Source: an uncultured Thermoplasmata archaeon
Lineage (GTDB): Archaea; Thermoplasmatota; Thermoplasmata; Lutacidiplasmatales; UBA184
DNA length: 64,000 nucleotides
Assembly (NCBI GenBank): GCA_963771555.1
Contig: CAVYTM010000003.1
Span: forward strand, 500,610-564,609
Direction: 5' to 3'
A model generated the notes under the pieces. The model was given only the letters and a program-made list of their open reading frames with translations. It searched no databases and was not told the DNA's origin. The position numbers were made by a program, and so were the translations under genes. Of the stretch, positions 9,342 through 21,446 are shown one piece after another; position 1 is the stretch's first letter, and every line of letters starts with the position of its first letter.

Positions 9342-10232
9342 TCAGTCCCGAGTCGACGTCTCGTCCTTATTCCGCTTTCCCATCGAGCGCGCCTTCGCGT
9401 CCTTCGCCCAGGGGAAGCCCTCGGAGGCGGCCTCCCAGCCCCGGCGCGACATCGGGGCGGAGGCCCGCTTCTCCAAGAAGGCCCTCATCCCCTCTTTCTG
9501 CCCATCGGTTCCGAACAGCTGAGCCCAGAGGTCGAGCTCGTAGCCGAGTCCCTGATCGATCGCTGGGTCGAGCGCTTCGAGGAGGGCGTACTTCGCCGCT
9601 GCGAGCGCGAGGGGCGGCTTCGTGGCCAGCTCCTCGGCGAGCGCGAGAGCGCTCGTCAGTAGCTCCGCACGTGGAACCACACGATCAACGAGGCCCTGAG
9701 CGAACGCTTCGGACGCCTTCACCGAGCGCCCGGTCATGATCCACCGGCGAGCGCGCGCGGCACCGACCCTACGTGGAAGTCGTCGTGTCCCGCCCCACCC
9801 GGGCATCACCCCAAGATTGATCTCGGGTTGGCCGAACTGGGCATCCTCGCTCGCGATGATGAAGTCGCACGCGAGGCAGACCTCGCAGCCTCCCCCTAAC
9901 GCGACGCCGTGGACAGCCGCTATCACGGGGAGCGACAGGCGTTCGATTTGGCGGGTGACCCCTTGTCCCAGCCCCCCGTGGACCCGCGCCCCCTGCCGGT
10001 CGAGAGGAGCCATCTCGCGGATGTCCGCACCCGCGGCGAACGCCTTCTCGGCGGCACTGGCCAAGACGACCGTGCGAGCTTCGGGGTCCTCTTCGGCTTC
10101 CGTGAGGCGGACGGTCATTGCGTCGAGGACGGCTCGCGAGAGGACGTTCACCGGTGGGTGGTCGAGCGTCAGGAGCACCGTTCCGCCCCGTCGCTCGTAG
10201 CGAACCAAATCTCGGGCCACCGCCTCCGTCAT
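9342..10232 (-). CDS. Enoyl-CoA hydratase/isomerase
   Basis: AFAAGADIREM, ALGGGCE, FGQPEINLGVMPGWGGT crotonase motifs. Confidence 0.92.
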   Translation of the reverse strand: MTEAVARDLVRYERRGGTVLLTLDHPPVNVLSRAVLDAMTVRLTEAEEDPEARTVVLASAAEKAFAAGADIREMAPLDRQGARVHGGLGQGVTRQIERLSLPVIAAVHGVALGGGCEVCLACDFIIASEDAQFGQPEINLGVMPGWGGTRRLPRRVGAARARRWIMTGRSVKASEAFAQGLVDRVVPRAELLTSALALAEELATKPPLALAAAKYALLEALDPAIDQGLGYELDLWAQLFGTDGQKEGMRAFLEKRASAPMSRRGWEAASEGFPWAKDAKARSMGKRNKDETSTRD

Positions 10233-10285
10233 CGGCGGCGCCGACCCGCGCCGGCCTATTTATCTCGGTCGGCTTCGGGCGATTC

Positions 10286-11335
10286 GTGAAGAGTGTCGTC
10301 ACCACCTGGTTCGGAACGTTCCTCCTCGACGGGGATGAGGTCGTGAGGGCGGTTCCCGCACCGGTCGAATCGACGCCGCTCGCCGAGCGAGCCCATCGCC
10401 GGCGCGAAGGCAGGCTCACCACCGAGGAGGAGGAGCTCCTGCACGGCGCGGAGACCTCCGGGTGGAGGACCCGCGATCGACGCCTCGCCGAACACGGGCT
10501 GCGCTACGACCCCGACGCTCCCCTCGCTCTTCCTGCCTCGGTCACGGTTCCCGACCGGGCGATCCTTGGGGTCGCGCTGCTCGAGGAGGCGGGTCGCGCC
10601 CTGGAGGCCTCGTGGGATCCCTCCATCCATGTGCAGGAGGCGGTCCGAGCGGCGTCCGACCTCGACCGGGTCCACAACCTCGTTGGAGAGCGCCTCGGCA
10701 GTTGGGTCTCACGGGACTTTCCCGAGCTCGACCCGGGCGACCACGCGCGAGCGGCCCGCGCTGCTACGGGTGGAACCTCACGGCCCGAACTCGGACCCGC
10801 CGACCCCGGACTTCTCGAAGCGAGGCGGCAACTCGGCGAACTCTACCGCGCGGTGACCGAGGCGCGCCGCGCCCTCCAGGAGGCTGTCGATGCCTCCTCG
10901 CCGCTGCGGACCCCGAACCTGACTGCTCTCTTGGGGCCCGAACTCGCGGCGCGGATGGTCGCCCAGGCGGGAGGCCTTGACCGGCTCGCGCGGCTCCCAT
11001 CGAGCACGGTTCAGGTTCTCGGCGCAGAGCGGGCCTTCTTCGAACACCTGCGGGGCCACGCGCCCCCGCCGCGCCACGGGCTTCTCTTCCTTCACCCGGC
11101 TGTCCAATCCGCTCCCCGCGCGGAGCGAGGAAAGCTCGCCCGTGCTCTCGCGGGCAAGGTGGCCATTGCCGCGCGGCTCGACCACGCGGGGAAACCGGTC
11201 GACCCGACCCTCGGCGCCGCTTTCGAGGCGCGTAAGGTCGAAGTACGCGCGCGAAGAGGGCGACCGGGCCGACCCGCCGCGAGCTCCGAGCCCGGTTCAG
11301 CCCTTCCACTTGACCGTGCAACCCGCGACCGGTAG
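10286..11335 (+). CDS. nop5: Nop5/Nop56 family C/D-box RNP protein
   Basis: TPNLTALLGPELAARMV..AGGL.RLA.LPSSTVQVLGAE.AFF Nop domain; start moved to GTG at 10286. Confidence 0.85.
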   Translation: MKSVVTTWFGTFLLDGDEVVRAVPAPVESTPLAERAHRRREGRLTTEEEELLHGAETSGWRTRDRRLAEHGLRYDPDAPLALPASVTVPDRAILGVALLEEAGRALEASWDPSIHVQEAVRAASDLDRVHNLVGERLGSWVSRDFPELDPGDHARAARAATGGTSRPELGPADPGLLEARRQLGELYRAVTEARRALQEAVDASSPLRTPNLTALLGPELAARMVAQAGGLDRLARLPSSTVQVLGAERAFFEHLRGHAPPPRHGLLFLHPAVQSAPRAERGKLARALAGKVAIAARLDHAGKPVDPTLGAAFEARKVEVRARRGRPGRPAASSEPGSALPLDRATRDR

Positions 11336-11848
11336 CTCGGCGGGAGTCACCGGCGTTCCGGCCAAGGCCTGGTCCAGTGCCCGGGCGAGGTAGTGTTCGG
11401 TCGCGTGTTCCGGGTGCTGGTGGTCGTTATCGATCCGGCCCTGGAAGAGCAGCTTTCGGTCCCGGTCGAAGAGCATGGGGTGAGGTGTGACGAGCGCGCC
11501 GTAGGCGTGCGCGACCGCCTGGGTCTCGTCCTGGAGGTACGGGAAGGGGTACTTCTTCTCCGCGGACCGCCGGACCATGGAGTCGAGACTGTCCTCGGGG
11601 TAGGCGCGGGCGTCGTTCGAATTGATCATCACCATGCCGACCCCCTGGGATTGATACTTTCGGCCGAGGTCGAGCATGCGGCCCTCCCACGCCTGAACGT
11701 ACGGGCAGTGGTTGCACCAGAAGACCACGAGCATCAGCCGCCGGTCGGCGAAGTCCCCGAGACGGTACGTCTTCCCGTCGACGCCGTGCAAGGCGAAATC
11801 GGGTGCGGGATCCCCGGCATGCAAGCGGAATTCCGCGAGTTCGGCCAT
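11297..11848 (-). CDS. Thioredoxin family (AhpC/TSA-like) protein
   Basis: FWCNHCPYV, FPYL.DETQ.VA.AYGA..TP, GC.VKWK. Confidence 0.9.
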   Translation of the reverse strand: MAELAEFRLHAGDPAPDFALHGVDGKTYRLGDFADRRLMLVVFWCNHCPYVQAWEGRMLDLGRKYQSQGVGMVMINSNDARAYPEDSLDSMVRRSAEKKYPFPYLQDETQAVAHAYGALVTPHPMLFDRDRKLLFQGRIDNDHQHPEHATEHYLARALDQALAGTPVTPAELPVAGCTVKWKG

Positions 11849-11959
11849 GCGGTAACGAGCGGCGGCGTCTTCTTAGCTTTTCGAGTTCCCGTCCCGACCG
11901 ATAGGGTGGGTCCATTTCCGGTCCAGCGCGGTCGCCGCGAGCTTCCTCGAGCGGTCCGG

Positions 11960-12617
11960 GCCTCACGACCTGGGTCGACGTACGAGTTACGTGCTCGGAG
12001 AACGTTCGAACCGACGAGGTGATCCTACGGCGGGCGGTGCCCGCCGTTCGCGTGGCGGTCCTGACCGACCGCGCCGTTTCGTTCGGTGTGGGCGTGCCCG
12101 CGGAAGCGCCGTACCTCCAGAGGGCCGCCAAAGCCGGGGTCCCGACGGTCCGCCGCACCACGGGGGGACCGGTCTCCTGCACGCGCCGGGAGACCTCGCG
12201 TGGTCGGTCGTCCTTCCCCGCACCGACCCGCGCGTGGGGGACGACTACGTCCACGCGTACTCACGCCTCGGCGCCGGGGTCGTCCACTTCCTTTCCGAGC
12301 GAGGGACCTCGGCGTCGTGGACCGAACCTCCGGGAAGCGACCCGGACTACTGCCTCCTCAGCGCCCGCGGGTCGGTGTTGTCCCTGCAGGAGAAGGTCCT
12401 GGGAGGCGCGGCCCAACACCTCGCCGGGGGAGCCCTCCTTCACCACGGCATCCTCCCCCTCGAGCTCGACCGCGCCCTCCTCCGCAAGCTCTTCGCGCTC
12501 TCGCCGAAGGCCCTCGAGCGGTTGACCTCACTTCGCGAGCTCGGGATCGAAGGCACCCCCGATGCGCTCGCGTGGAAGCTCGCCGCGAGCATTTCGGACA
12601 CCCTGGCCCGGGGGTAG
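11960..12617 (+). CDS. Lipoate-protein ligase family (BPL/LplA/LipB catalytic domain), frameshifted in a G run at 12162-12167
   Basis: ENVRTDEVIL (N..DE.L motif), RRTTGG then TGLLH in the next frame, KVLGGAAQ, LLHHG; start codon not resolved. Confidence 0.75.
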
Positions 12618-12633
12618 GGGCAGGCGCGCGAGC

Positions 12634-13953
12634 TCACTTCGGTCGGACCGACCAGAGCGCTTCGGCGGCCGACTCGCCGTCCCGCCGGATGGCGGTCCAG
12701 CTCCCCATCGTCAAGCTCCGGTGGCGGACGACGGGCACGCCCCCGACATACACCGAGTCGATCGCCTCGTCCGACGCCGCGTAGGCGAGGTGGGAGACGA
12801 TCGCTTCCGGCCGCGCGGGAAAGAGCGAGGGGTGGTCGAGACGGAACAGAGAGAAATCGGCCTGCTTACCGACCTCGACCGAACCGAGGTCGGCGATGCG
12901 GCCGAGCATGCGAGCTCCGTCGACGGTGGCGAAATCAAGGAGCTCTTGGGCCGAGAGCGCGGTCGCGTCCCAACGCTGGTTCTTCTGGACCAGCCCGGCG
13001 ATGTGCATCTCGCGCAGCATCGAGAGGGAGTTGTTGCTCGCGACCGAGTCCGTCCCGAGTCCGACCAAGGCTCCCGCGGCACGGAGCTCCACCACGGGCG
13101 CCACGCCTCCGGACGCGAGCTTCAGGTTCGAGCTCGGGCAATGCGCGATGGCGACCCCCTTCCCCGCCAGCAGGCCGATCTCCTCGCCCGTCAGCCAGAC
13201 CGCATGCGCCGCGACCGAGCGAGGGCCGAGGAAGCCGATCTCGTCGAGCCACACGACGGGGCGTCGCCCGGTCTTGGTCTGGTGCTCGTTCACCTCTCGG
13301 CGGGTTTCCGAGAGATGATAGTGGACGAGGGTCCCGGCCTTCTCCGCGACCTCCCGGGCGCGTAGCCAGGTCTCCTTTCCGCAGACGTAGACGCCTTGGG
13401 GCGCGACGAGGGGGGAGACCCGCGGGTGCCCTTTCCAGCGTTCGATGAACTGGCGGGCGTTCTCGACCGGGACCCCCTTCTGCGTGGTGAGCTCGGGGTC
13501 GAGGACCGCCCAGCCGAGGAACCCGCGGATGCCGAGCGCCTCGACGGCTCGGGCGACCGCGTCCTCGAAGTAGTAGAGGTCGAGGAACGAGGTCGTGCCG
13601 GAAAGGAGCATCTCCGCGACGCCGGCTCGGGCTCCCGCTTCCACGTCCGTCTCGGTCCGGCGGGCATCCACGGCGAAGAGGGTCTCGAGGAACCCGGCGA
13701 GCTCCCGGTCGTCGGCGACCCCTCGGAGGAGGCTCATCGCGACGTGGGTATGGGCGTTGACGAAACCGGGAACGACCGCGAAATCCCGACCGTCGACGAC
13801 GGTCGCTCCTTCGCGGGACGCTCCCGGACCGACATGGGAGAATCGTCCCCCGTCCACGCGGAGGTCTCCGCGGAAGACGCGTCGTGAGGGGTCCTGCGAG
13901 ACGAGCAAGGCGTCGGTGATGACGAGCGGAGACGCCGTTTCGGGGCGCGCCAC
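12634..13953 (-). CDS. Amidohydrolase (MTA/SAH deaminase-like)
   Basis: PGFVNAHTH, HLSET, AHAVW, HCPSSNLKLASG, GLGTDS metal ligands; start moved to GTG at 13953. Confidence 0.88.
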   Translation of the reverse strand: MARPETASPLVITDALLVSQDPSRRVFRGDLRVDGGRFSHVGPGASREGATVVDGRDFAVVPGFVNAHTHVAMSLLRGVADDRELAGFLETLFAVDARRTETDVEAGARAGVAEMLLSGTTSFLDLYYFEDAVARAVEALGIRGFLGWAVLDPELTTQKGVPVENARQFIERWKGHPRVSPLVAPQGVYVCGKETWLRAREVAEKAGTLVHYHLSETRREVNEHQTKTGRRPVVWLDEIGFLGPRSVAAHAVWLTGEEIGLLAGKGVAIAHCPSSNLKLASGGVAPVVELRAAGALVGLGTDSVASNNSLSMLREMHIAGLVQKNQRWDATALSAQELLDFATVDGARMLGRIADLGSVEVGKQADFSLFRLDHPSLFPARPEAIVSHLAYAASDEAIDSVYVGGVPVVRHRSLTMGSWTAIRRDGESAAEALWSVRPK

Positions 13954-13961
13954 GGTTTCGC

Positions 13962-14960
13962 CTACCGGGATTGGCGGATAAGTTTCTCGCCCTCGGACGT
14001 GCGGTTGACGTCCTGGGGTCGGATCTCCGGAAGGTCGGTCAGACCTTCCGCGCTTCGTCCTTCGTAGCTCGCGAGGCCCGCGAAGATCCGACGGACCCAC
14101 GGTCGAGTGAGCACGAAGGCGAGCGGGACCACGGCCAGCACGACGAGGATCACGTCGACCCACACGCCGGGGACCCACGCCGCGCTCGGCATTCCAAGGA
14201 TCGTCGCCCCGGTGTTCGGGAACAGGACGATGATGCTCAGGAGCGCGATGAAGAGGGCGAGGTAGGCGACGCCGAGCATACGGAGGTTCGAGGTGTTCGC
14301 GAGGGCGGCGATCTGGTTCGAGACGCGACCGATCTCGTTCGCCGCATCGGCGAGACGGTTCGACTCCGCGGCGTTCCGGAGCGCGACCAGGTCGCGAACG
14401 CCCTGGGAGAGGCCGTTCACGAACTCCTCGAGATGCGCCGCGTCGGTCCGGATCCCCGGGAGCCGGTCGGCAAGGCCCGGAAAGGAGGCGCCCAGCGGAC
14501 CTCCCAACTCGGTCACGAGCACCGAGAGCCGGGCCACCTTCGGGTGGACCCGGGTGATGGCATGGTGGAGCGCGGAGAGCTCGGCGAGGCTCGGCGGTTC
14601 GAGCTTCGCCTGCACCTCGTCCAGCTGGTGGCCGACGAGCTCGAGATATTCGATGTACGAGGACGAAGCCGCCTGCAGGAGGTCGAGGAGAGCCCGGGTT
14701 CCTGGATCGACGCCGGGACCTTCCGACAGAAGGCTCGGGGGCACGGCCGGTTCGAGCGCGTGCGCCCCGTCCGCGTCGATGAAGATCCCGTGCCAGGTCG
14801 GGTGGCCTTCCTTCGACAGGACCGCGAGCGGAACGAACGTCGCGTCCCGCGAACGCAGGACCGGACGCTGGGGCGGCGAGTAGTCGATGTGATGGCCGAA
14901 GGCGGCGAAGGCCTCGGCAACGGTGGTGATGGTTCGGTCCGTCGTGGGCTCCGCCCCCCG
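13962..14960 (-). CDS. CorA-like membrane transporter (divergent)
   Basis: Long helical coiled region followed by two C-terminal TM helices with GMP in place of GMN; frame is open back to the gyrB stop but first canonical start is at 14744. Confidence 0.5.
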   Translation of the reverse strand, partial: RGAEPTTDRTITTVAEAFAAFGHHIDYSPPQRPVLRSRDATFVPLAVLSKEGHPTWHGIFIDADGAHALEPAVPPSLLSEGPGVDPGTRALLDLLQAASSSYIEYLELVGHQLDEVQAKLEPPSLAELSALHHAITRVHPKVARLSVLVTELGGPLGASFPGLADRLPGIRTDAAHLEEFVNGLSQGVRDLVALRNAAESNRLADAANEIGRVSNQIAALANTSNLRMLGVAYLALFIALLSIIVLFPNTGATILGMPSAAWVPGVWVDVILVVLAVVPLAFVLTRPWVRRIFAGLASYEGRSAEGLTDLPEIRPQDVNRTSEGEKLIRQSR

Positions 14961-14961
14961 A

Positions 14962-16884
<1,923 letters not shown>

Positions 16885-17050
16885 TCAGGGCGCAAAATGG
16901 CCCAAAATTAGCGAGCCGAGCATGCGTTATAACGCTTGGGTTTCGGAGGAAAAATGAGCCTCGGGCGACCCTCCGGAACGAGGGCGTGAGGGAGCGCCCG
17001 GAACGGCCCCGAAATCGGGCGGGGAGGCCTCAATTCCGGCGTGAATCGGA

Positions 17051-18289
17051 CTAAGGTCTACGGCTTTCCGGGTGGGTTCCCAGAAGGTCCACGAGGCCGT
17101 CCACCAGGGATTCGCGCCAGCTTTCGAAATTATGGCTTCCGTTGAATTCGCGGTAGGTCAGGCGGTATCCTTTGAGCTGCAGGACGTCCCGCATGTGTCG
17201 GTTGGCGGCCAGGAGCGTCATCCCTCCGGGGATCACGTAGTTCCCTTCGATCAGTCCCGCCTCCATGTAGATCCGCAAGGGAAGCAGCGGACGCTTCATC
17301 ATCGACCGAATGAGGCTCCCCGGCTCTTCGTCCGGAGGCCGATTGATCTGGAATGAGCCGGACTGCGAGAGGACGAGACGGAAGTGCTTCGGATTCTCGG
17401 CCGCCCAGTAGAGGGCGGCCAGACCACCGCAGCTGAGGCCCACCAGCATGGTTCGGTCGGGGTGGACGTGAATCCGATAGGTCCGTCGGAGCCAGGGGAG
17501 GACTTCCTGGACCAGGAACTTCCCGAACGCCGGCGAAGATTGACATAGGTCCCGACGGCGTTCCACTCGTGTCTTCAATTGGTCAATGAACACCGAGAGG
17601 ACCGGCGCGATGCGGCCGGACGCCACCAGGTTATCGAGGGTCGTCGGGACGGACATCGAGTGAGCGTAGGCGAACCCGTCGAAGAACACGGCGACGTGCA
17701 GGCCGGATTGACCCGGTTCTACGCCCGCGGGGACGTGAACCCAGATGCGCCGCTTCTCCTTCAGGCTACGGCTGGTAACTACGTGCTCCTCGAGACGGCC
17801 GGCCTCGACGCCTCGACGGGGCAGCAGCTCGCGGTGGCGCGGCGCTCGAGGGAGTTGCACCAGGGAGAAGGCCGTTCGAGAACCTTTGATCGGGTCGTCC
17901 GGGAAGTCGGGGTCTTCGGGATAGAGAAGGCGCCTCGGGTTGCGCGGGTCCGCCACCCTCCGACTCTCCCATTGTTCTTCTTCCTTCGTGTTCCGCGCCG
18001 GGCGCCACGGCTCGTTCAGCGCGAATTGGTACATTTCCCGGAGGTCATCGCGGACCGGGTAGGTCCGATACCAAACGTCCGTTCCCGGAAGTCGGGCGAG
18101 CTCGGTCAGGGAGGCAATATCCCCACCCAACATCGCTCGGAACCCCACATTCCGGAACCCTCGGCCCCGCCACAGAAAAGTCACCCAGAAGTCGCGACGC
18201 GCGCCGGACCGCTTCTCGATCAGGGGCGTACCCTTACGTTCCATTTCGGCCCAGAATCGCGGCAGGGCGTCCGGGGCCTTCCGACGCAC
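17051..18289 (-). CDS. Enterochelin esterase (Fes)-like alpha/beta hydrolase with N-terminal beta domain
   Basis: VTFLWRG, R.IWVHVP, FDG..Y, GLSCGG nucleophile, SQSGSF, FNGSHNFESW. Confidence 0.8.
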   Translation of the reverse strand: MRRKAPDALPRFWAEMERKGTPLIEKRSGARRDFWVTFLWRGRGFRNVGFRAMLGGDIASLTELARLPGTDVWYRTYPVRDDLREMYQFALNEPWRPARNTKEEEQWESRRVADPRNPRRLLYPEDPDFPDDPIKGSRTAFSLVQLPRAPRHRELLPRRGVEAGRLEEHVVTSRSLKEKRRIWVHVPAGVEPGQSGLHVAVFFDGFAYAHSMSVPTTLDNLVASGRIAPVLSVFIDQLKTRVERRRDLCQSSPAFGKFLVQEVLPWLRRTYRIHVHPDRTMLVGLSCGGLAALYWAAENPKHFRLVLSQSGSFQINRPPDEEPGSLIRSMMKRPLLPLRIYMEAGLIEGNYVIPGGMTLLAANRHMRDVLQLKGYRLTYREFNGSHNFESWRESLVDGLVDLLGTHPESRRP

Positions 18290-18528
18290 GGCGGCATCGA
18301 GCCGTCAGATCCGGGGGCTCGAGATCCGGGACGCCCCCGACCTCGGTCGTTTCGCAGCGCGCGGCATTCGACCGTGCGAAAGCACTAGCCTCCCCTTAAC
18401 CTTCCCAACCCGAAAGGGCATCGGCGGCGGAGGACACGGGGCGACCGAAGCGGGGGCGCGGTGAGACCGCTCGGAATCCCTCCCCTCGACAACGCCTAAT
18501 ATCCTGTCCTCCCCTTCGAGCGACTCCC

Positions 18529-19095
18529 ATGCCCGACGACATCGCCGAGATACCCCCGGTTCCGCCTGTCAACGGGGGACCGGCCAAGGCGGCGGCCGAG
18601 ACGGCGGCCGGAGCTGCGGAGGACTGGGCGACCCGCTACAAGTATCTCCTCGCCGACTTCGAGAACTTCCGCCGACGGGTCGAACGCGACCGGGAATCGA
18701 TTTCTCGGCAGGCACGGGCGGGGATGCTCCGCGAGCTGCTCCCCATCATCGAAGCGTTTCGCGTCGCGCGGGATTCCCTCACGCACCTACCCCTCTCGGA
18801 CCCCACCCGCAAGGGTCTCGGCCTGCTCGACCACGAGTGGACGACGTTCCTGAAACACGAGGGGGTCGAGCCGATCGCTGCCGTAGGACAGCCGTTCCGA
18901 GCCGAGGAAGCCGAGGCGGTCGGGGAGGCTCCCGCAGATGCGACCCACCCCGACGGCTCGGTGGCGGAGGTCGTACAGCAAGGGTACCGCTTCTTTGGTG
19001 GGCTGCTACGAACCGCCAAGGTCGTCGTGGCCCGTGCGAAGTCGGGAAGTCCTCCCGCGGTCAGCGCTGCTCTGCAGCCGCCCGCGGAGGAGTGA
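18529..19095 (+). CDS. grpE: Nucleotide exchange factor GrpE
   Basis: YLLADFENFRRR, G.PF, VV.QGY..L.R.AKVVV. Confidence 0.9.
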   Translation: MPDDIAEIPPVPPVNGGPAKAAAETAAGAAEDWATRYKYLLADFENFRRRVERDRESISRQARAGMLRELLPIIEAFRVARDSLTHLPLSDPTRKGLGLLDHEWTTFLKHEGVEPIAAVGQPFRAEEAEAVGEAPADATHPDGSVAEVVQQGYRFFGGLLRTAKVVVARAKSGSPPAVSAALQPPAEE

Positions 19096-19098
19096 ACG

Positions 19099-20400
19099 AT
19101 GGAGAGGTCGTCGGAGATCCCGGGATTCTACAAGCGGACGATCGGTGAGCGCCGTGCCTTCATTCGAGAATGGGGGGGACTCACGGAGGAGGAAGCGCGA
19201 GCGTACGAGTTTCCGTCGGGCATCGACCCGGGGACGGTCGACCGAATGATCGAGAATGTCATCGGCGTCATGCCGCTCCCGCTCGGGGTCGCGACGAACT
19301 TCCGGATCAACGACAAGGACTACCTCATCCCCATGGCGATCGAGGAGCCCAGCGTGGTGGCCGCAGCCTCGAACGCGGCGAAGGTCGCGCGGGCGGCGGG
19401 AGGATTTACCGCCCAGACCACCGCCCCCATCATGATCGGGCAGGTCCAGATCCTTGATGTTCCCGACCCGGCAGCGGCGCGCCTTCGGATCCTGCACCAC
19501 CGCGACGCGCTTCTCGAGGCGGCCAACGCGAAGGACCCGGTCCTCGTCAAATTCGGTGGAGGTGCGAAAGACCTCGAGGTCCGTATTGTGCCCTCCTTGA
19601 GGGGTACGATGGTCATCGTACACCTGCTCGTCGACGCCCGGGATGCGGGCGGGATGAACGCCGTGAACACCATGTGCGAGGCTCTTGCCCCGGAGTTCGC
19701 GCGTCTGACTGGGGGCCGGGTCGTGCTTCGGATCATCTCGAACCTCGCGGTCCATCGACTCGCCCGCGCCCACGCGGTGTTCCCGGCGGAACTCCTCAAG
19801 ACCGACACCGCGACGGGTGCCGAAGTGGTCGATGCCATCCTGGACGCGTACGCGTTCGCGTTGGCCGACCCGTTCCGCTGTGCCACGCACAACAAGGGAA
19901 TCATGAATGGGGTGTCCGCCGTCGTGATCGCTACGGGAAACGACTTCCGAGCGATCGAGAGTGGCGCTCACACCTACGCCGCGTGGAAGGTCGCGAGCGG
20001 CGGGAGCGTCATCGGTCCGCTCACTACCTACGAGAAGGACAAGGACGGGAACCTCGTGGGAACGATCGAGATCCCGGCACCGGTCGGACTCATCGGGGGC
20101 GCTACCGCGGTTCACCCGACCGCCAAAGCGAACGTCAAGGTGCTCGGGGTCAAGTCCGCTCGCGAGCTGGGGGAGGTCCTCGCCTCCGTCGGGCTCGCGC
20201 AGAACTTCGCCGCTCTTCGCGCCCTCGCGACCGAGGGAATTCAACGGGGCCACATGGAACTCCACGCCCGGAACCTCGCCGTGAGCGCCGGCGCGCGACC
20301 GGAGGAGGTCGACCGGGTCGTCGAACGTCTCGTGAAGGACCACCAGGTCCGTTTCGACCGAGCGAAAGCGATCATCGAGGAGCTCCGTAGCGGCGGATGA
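19099..20400 (+). CDS. hmgA: HMG-CoA reductase, class II
   Basis: MIENVIG, PMAIEEPSVVAAAS, DAGGMN.VN, ATHNKGIMNG, EGIQRGHM.LH. Confidence 0.93.
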   Translation: MERSSEIPGFYKRTIGERRAFIREWGGLTEEEARAYEFPSGIDPGTVDRMIENVIGVMPLPLGVATNFRINDKDYLIPMAIEEPSVVAAASNAAKVARAAGGFTAQTTAPIMIGQVQILDVPDPAAARLRILHHRDALLEAANAKDPVLVKFGGGAKDLEVRIVPSLRGTMVIVHLLVDARDAGGMNAVNTMCEALAPEFARLTGGRVVLRIISNLAVHRLARAHAVFPAELLKTDTATGAEVVDAILDAYAFALADPFRCATHNKGIMNGVSAVVIATGNDFRAIESGAHTYAAWKVASGGSVIGPLTTYEKDKDGNLVGTIEIPAPVGLIGGATAVHPTAKANVKVLGVKSARELGEVLASVGLAQNFAALRALATEGIQRGHMELHARNLAVSAGARPEEVDRVVERLVKDHQVRFDRAKAIIEELRSGG

Positions 20401-21035
20401 AGGTCGGAGTACTCGCGCTCCAGGGCGATGTCCCGGAGCACCTTGCCGCGTTGGCGGCCATCATCCCCGGGGACGATATCGTTCCCGTTCGAACCCCCGC
20501 GGAGCTCGCGAGCGTAGGAGCTCTCTTCCTGCCGGGGGGAGAATCCACCACGATCGCCCGCCTCCTCGTCCAGGCCGGGCTCTGGAACCCGCTGGCGGAA
20601 CGACTCCGTTCGGGATTTCCCGTGCTCGCCACTTGCGCAGGGCTCATCTTGCTCGCCCGGGAACTTTCCCCGAGCGCGACCGGCCTCGACCCTCCGACCC
20701 TCGGTGTGGTGGACGCCCAGGTCCGACGGAACGACTACGGCACCCAGCGCGAGTCGTTCGAAGCCCCCGTACGAGTCGAGGGTTTGGCCGGGGGGCCCTT
20801 CCCCGGGGTCTTCATCCGGTCCCCGCGCATCCTCTCGCTAGGCCCCGACGCCACCGCGATCGCGTGGCGGGGCGACGAAGTGGTCGGACTCCGTTCGGGC
20901 GCGGTCTGGGGACTCACATTCCACCCGGAGCTCTCGGGGGATCCGCGCGTCCACCGAATGTTCCTTGAGGCCGCCCACGCGACCCAATCGAAGTCTACCG
21001 CACGAAAAGGACGAACGCGACGAAAGCCAGGATGA
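20397..21035 (+). CDS. pdxT: PLP synthase glutaminase subunit
   Basis: GVLALQGD, PGGESTT, TCAG, FIR.P, FHPEL. Confidence 0.93.
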   Translation: MKVGVLALQGDVPEHLAALAAIIPGDDIVPVRTPAELASVGALFLPGGESTTIARLLVQAGLWNPLAERLRSGFPVLATCAGLILLARELSPSATGLDPPTLGVVDAQVRRNDYGTQRESFEAPVRVEGLAGGPFPGVFIRSPRILSLGPDATAIAWRGDEVVGLRSGAVWGLTFHPELSGDPRVHRMFLEAAHATQSKSTARKGRTRRKPG

Positions 21036-21405
21036 ACAGGGCCGCCCCTAGGACGACGAGCCACCGCTGAGCCCGCTTCGAGATTCCCTTCCAGCTCCCG
21101 AATACAATAGGGACGGGACCGATGAGAACGAAACCTCCGGCGCCGCCCGCGGTCTTCGCAGGTGGGGTCGTCGTTGCGAGCCTCGTCGGGGAGACTTCGT
21201 CTTCGATTCCCACGAACGCCAAGGGAAGGGATAGGAACCCGACGATCAGGAGCACGACCCCGAGGAGGAAGATGAGGGAGGTCCCGGTAATGACCGGGAT
21301 CACGACGAGGAGGCTAACGCTCGCGGCACCTTCGATGACGCTGAGCACGATCAGGATTACCCCGGCGGCGAACGCCGTTACCGAGCCGAGCAGTCCGATC
21401 CTCAT
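20995..21405 (-). CDS. DUF131 membrane protein
   Basis: GGFVLIGPVPIVFGS signature with flanking TM helices. Confidence 0.8.
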   Translation of the reverse strand: MRIGLLGSVTAFAAGVILIVLSVIEGAASVSLLVVIPVITGTSLIFLLGVVLLIVGFLSLPLAFVGIEDEVSPTRLATTTPPAKTAGGAGGFVLIGPVPIVFGSWKGISKRAQRWLVVLGAALFILAFVAFVLFVR

Positions 21406-21446
21406 GAAGAGAAGAACCGTTGTCCCGGCTCTTTCGGGTTACGGCC

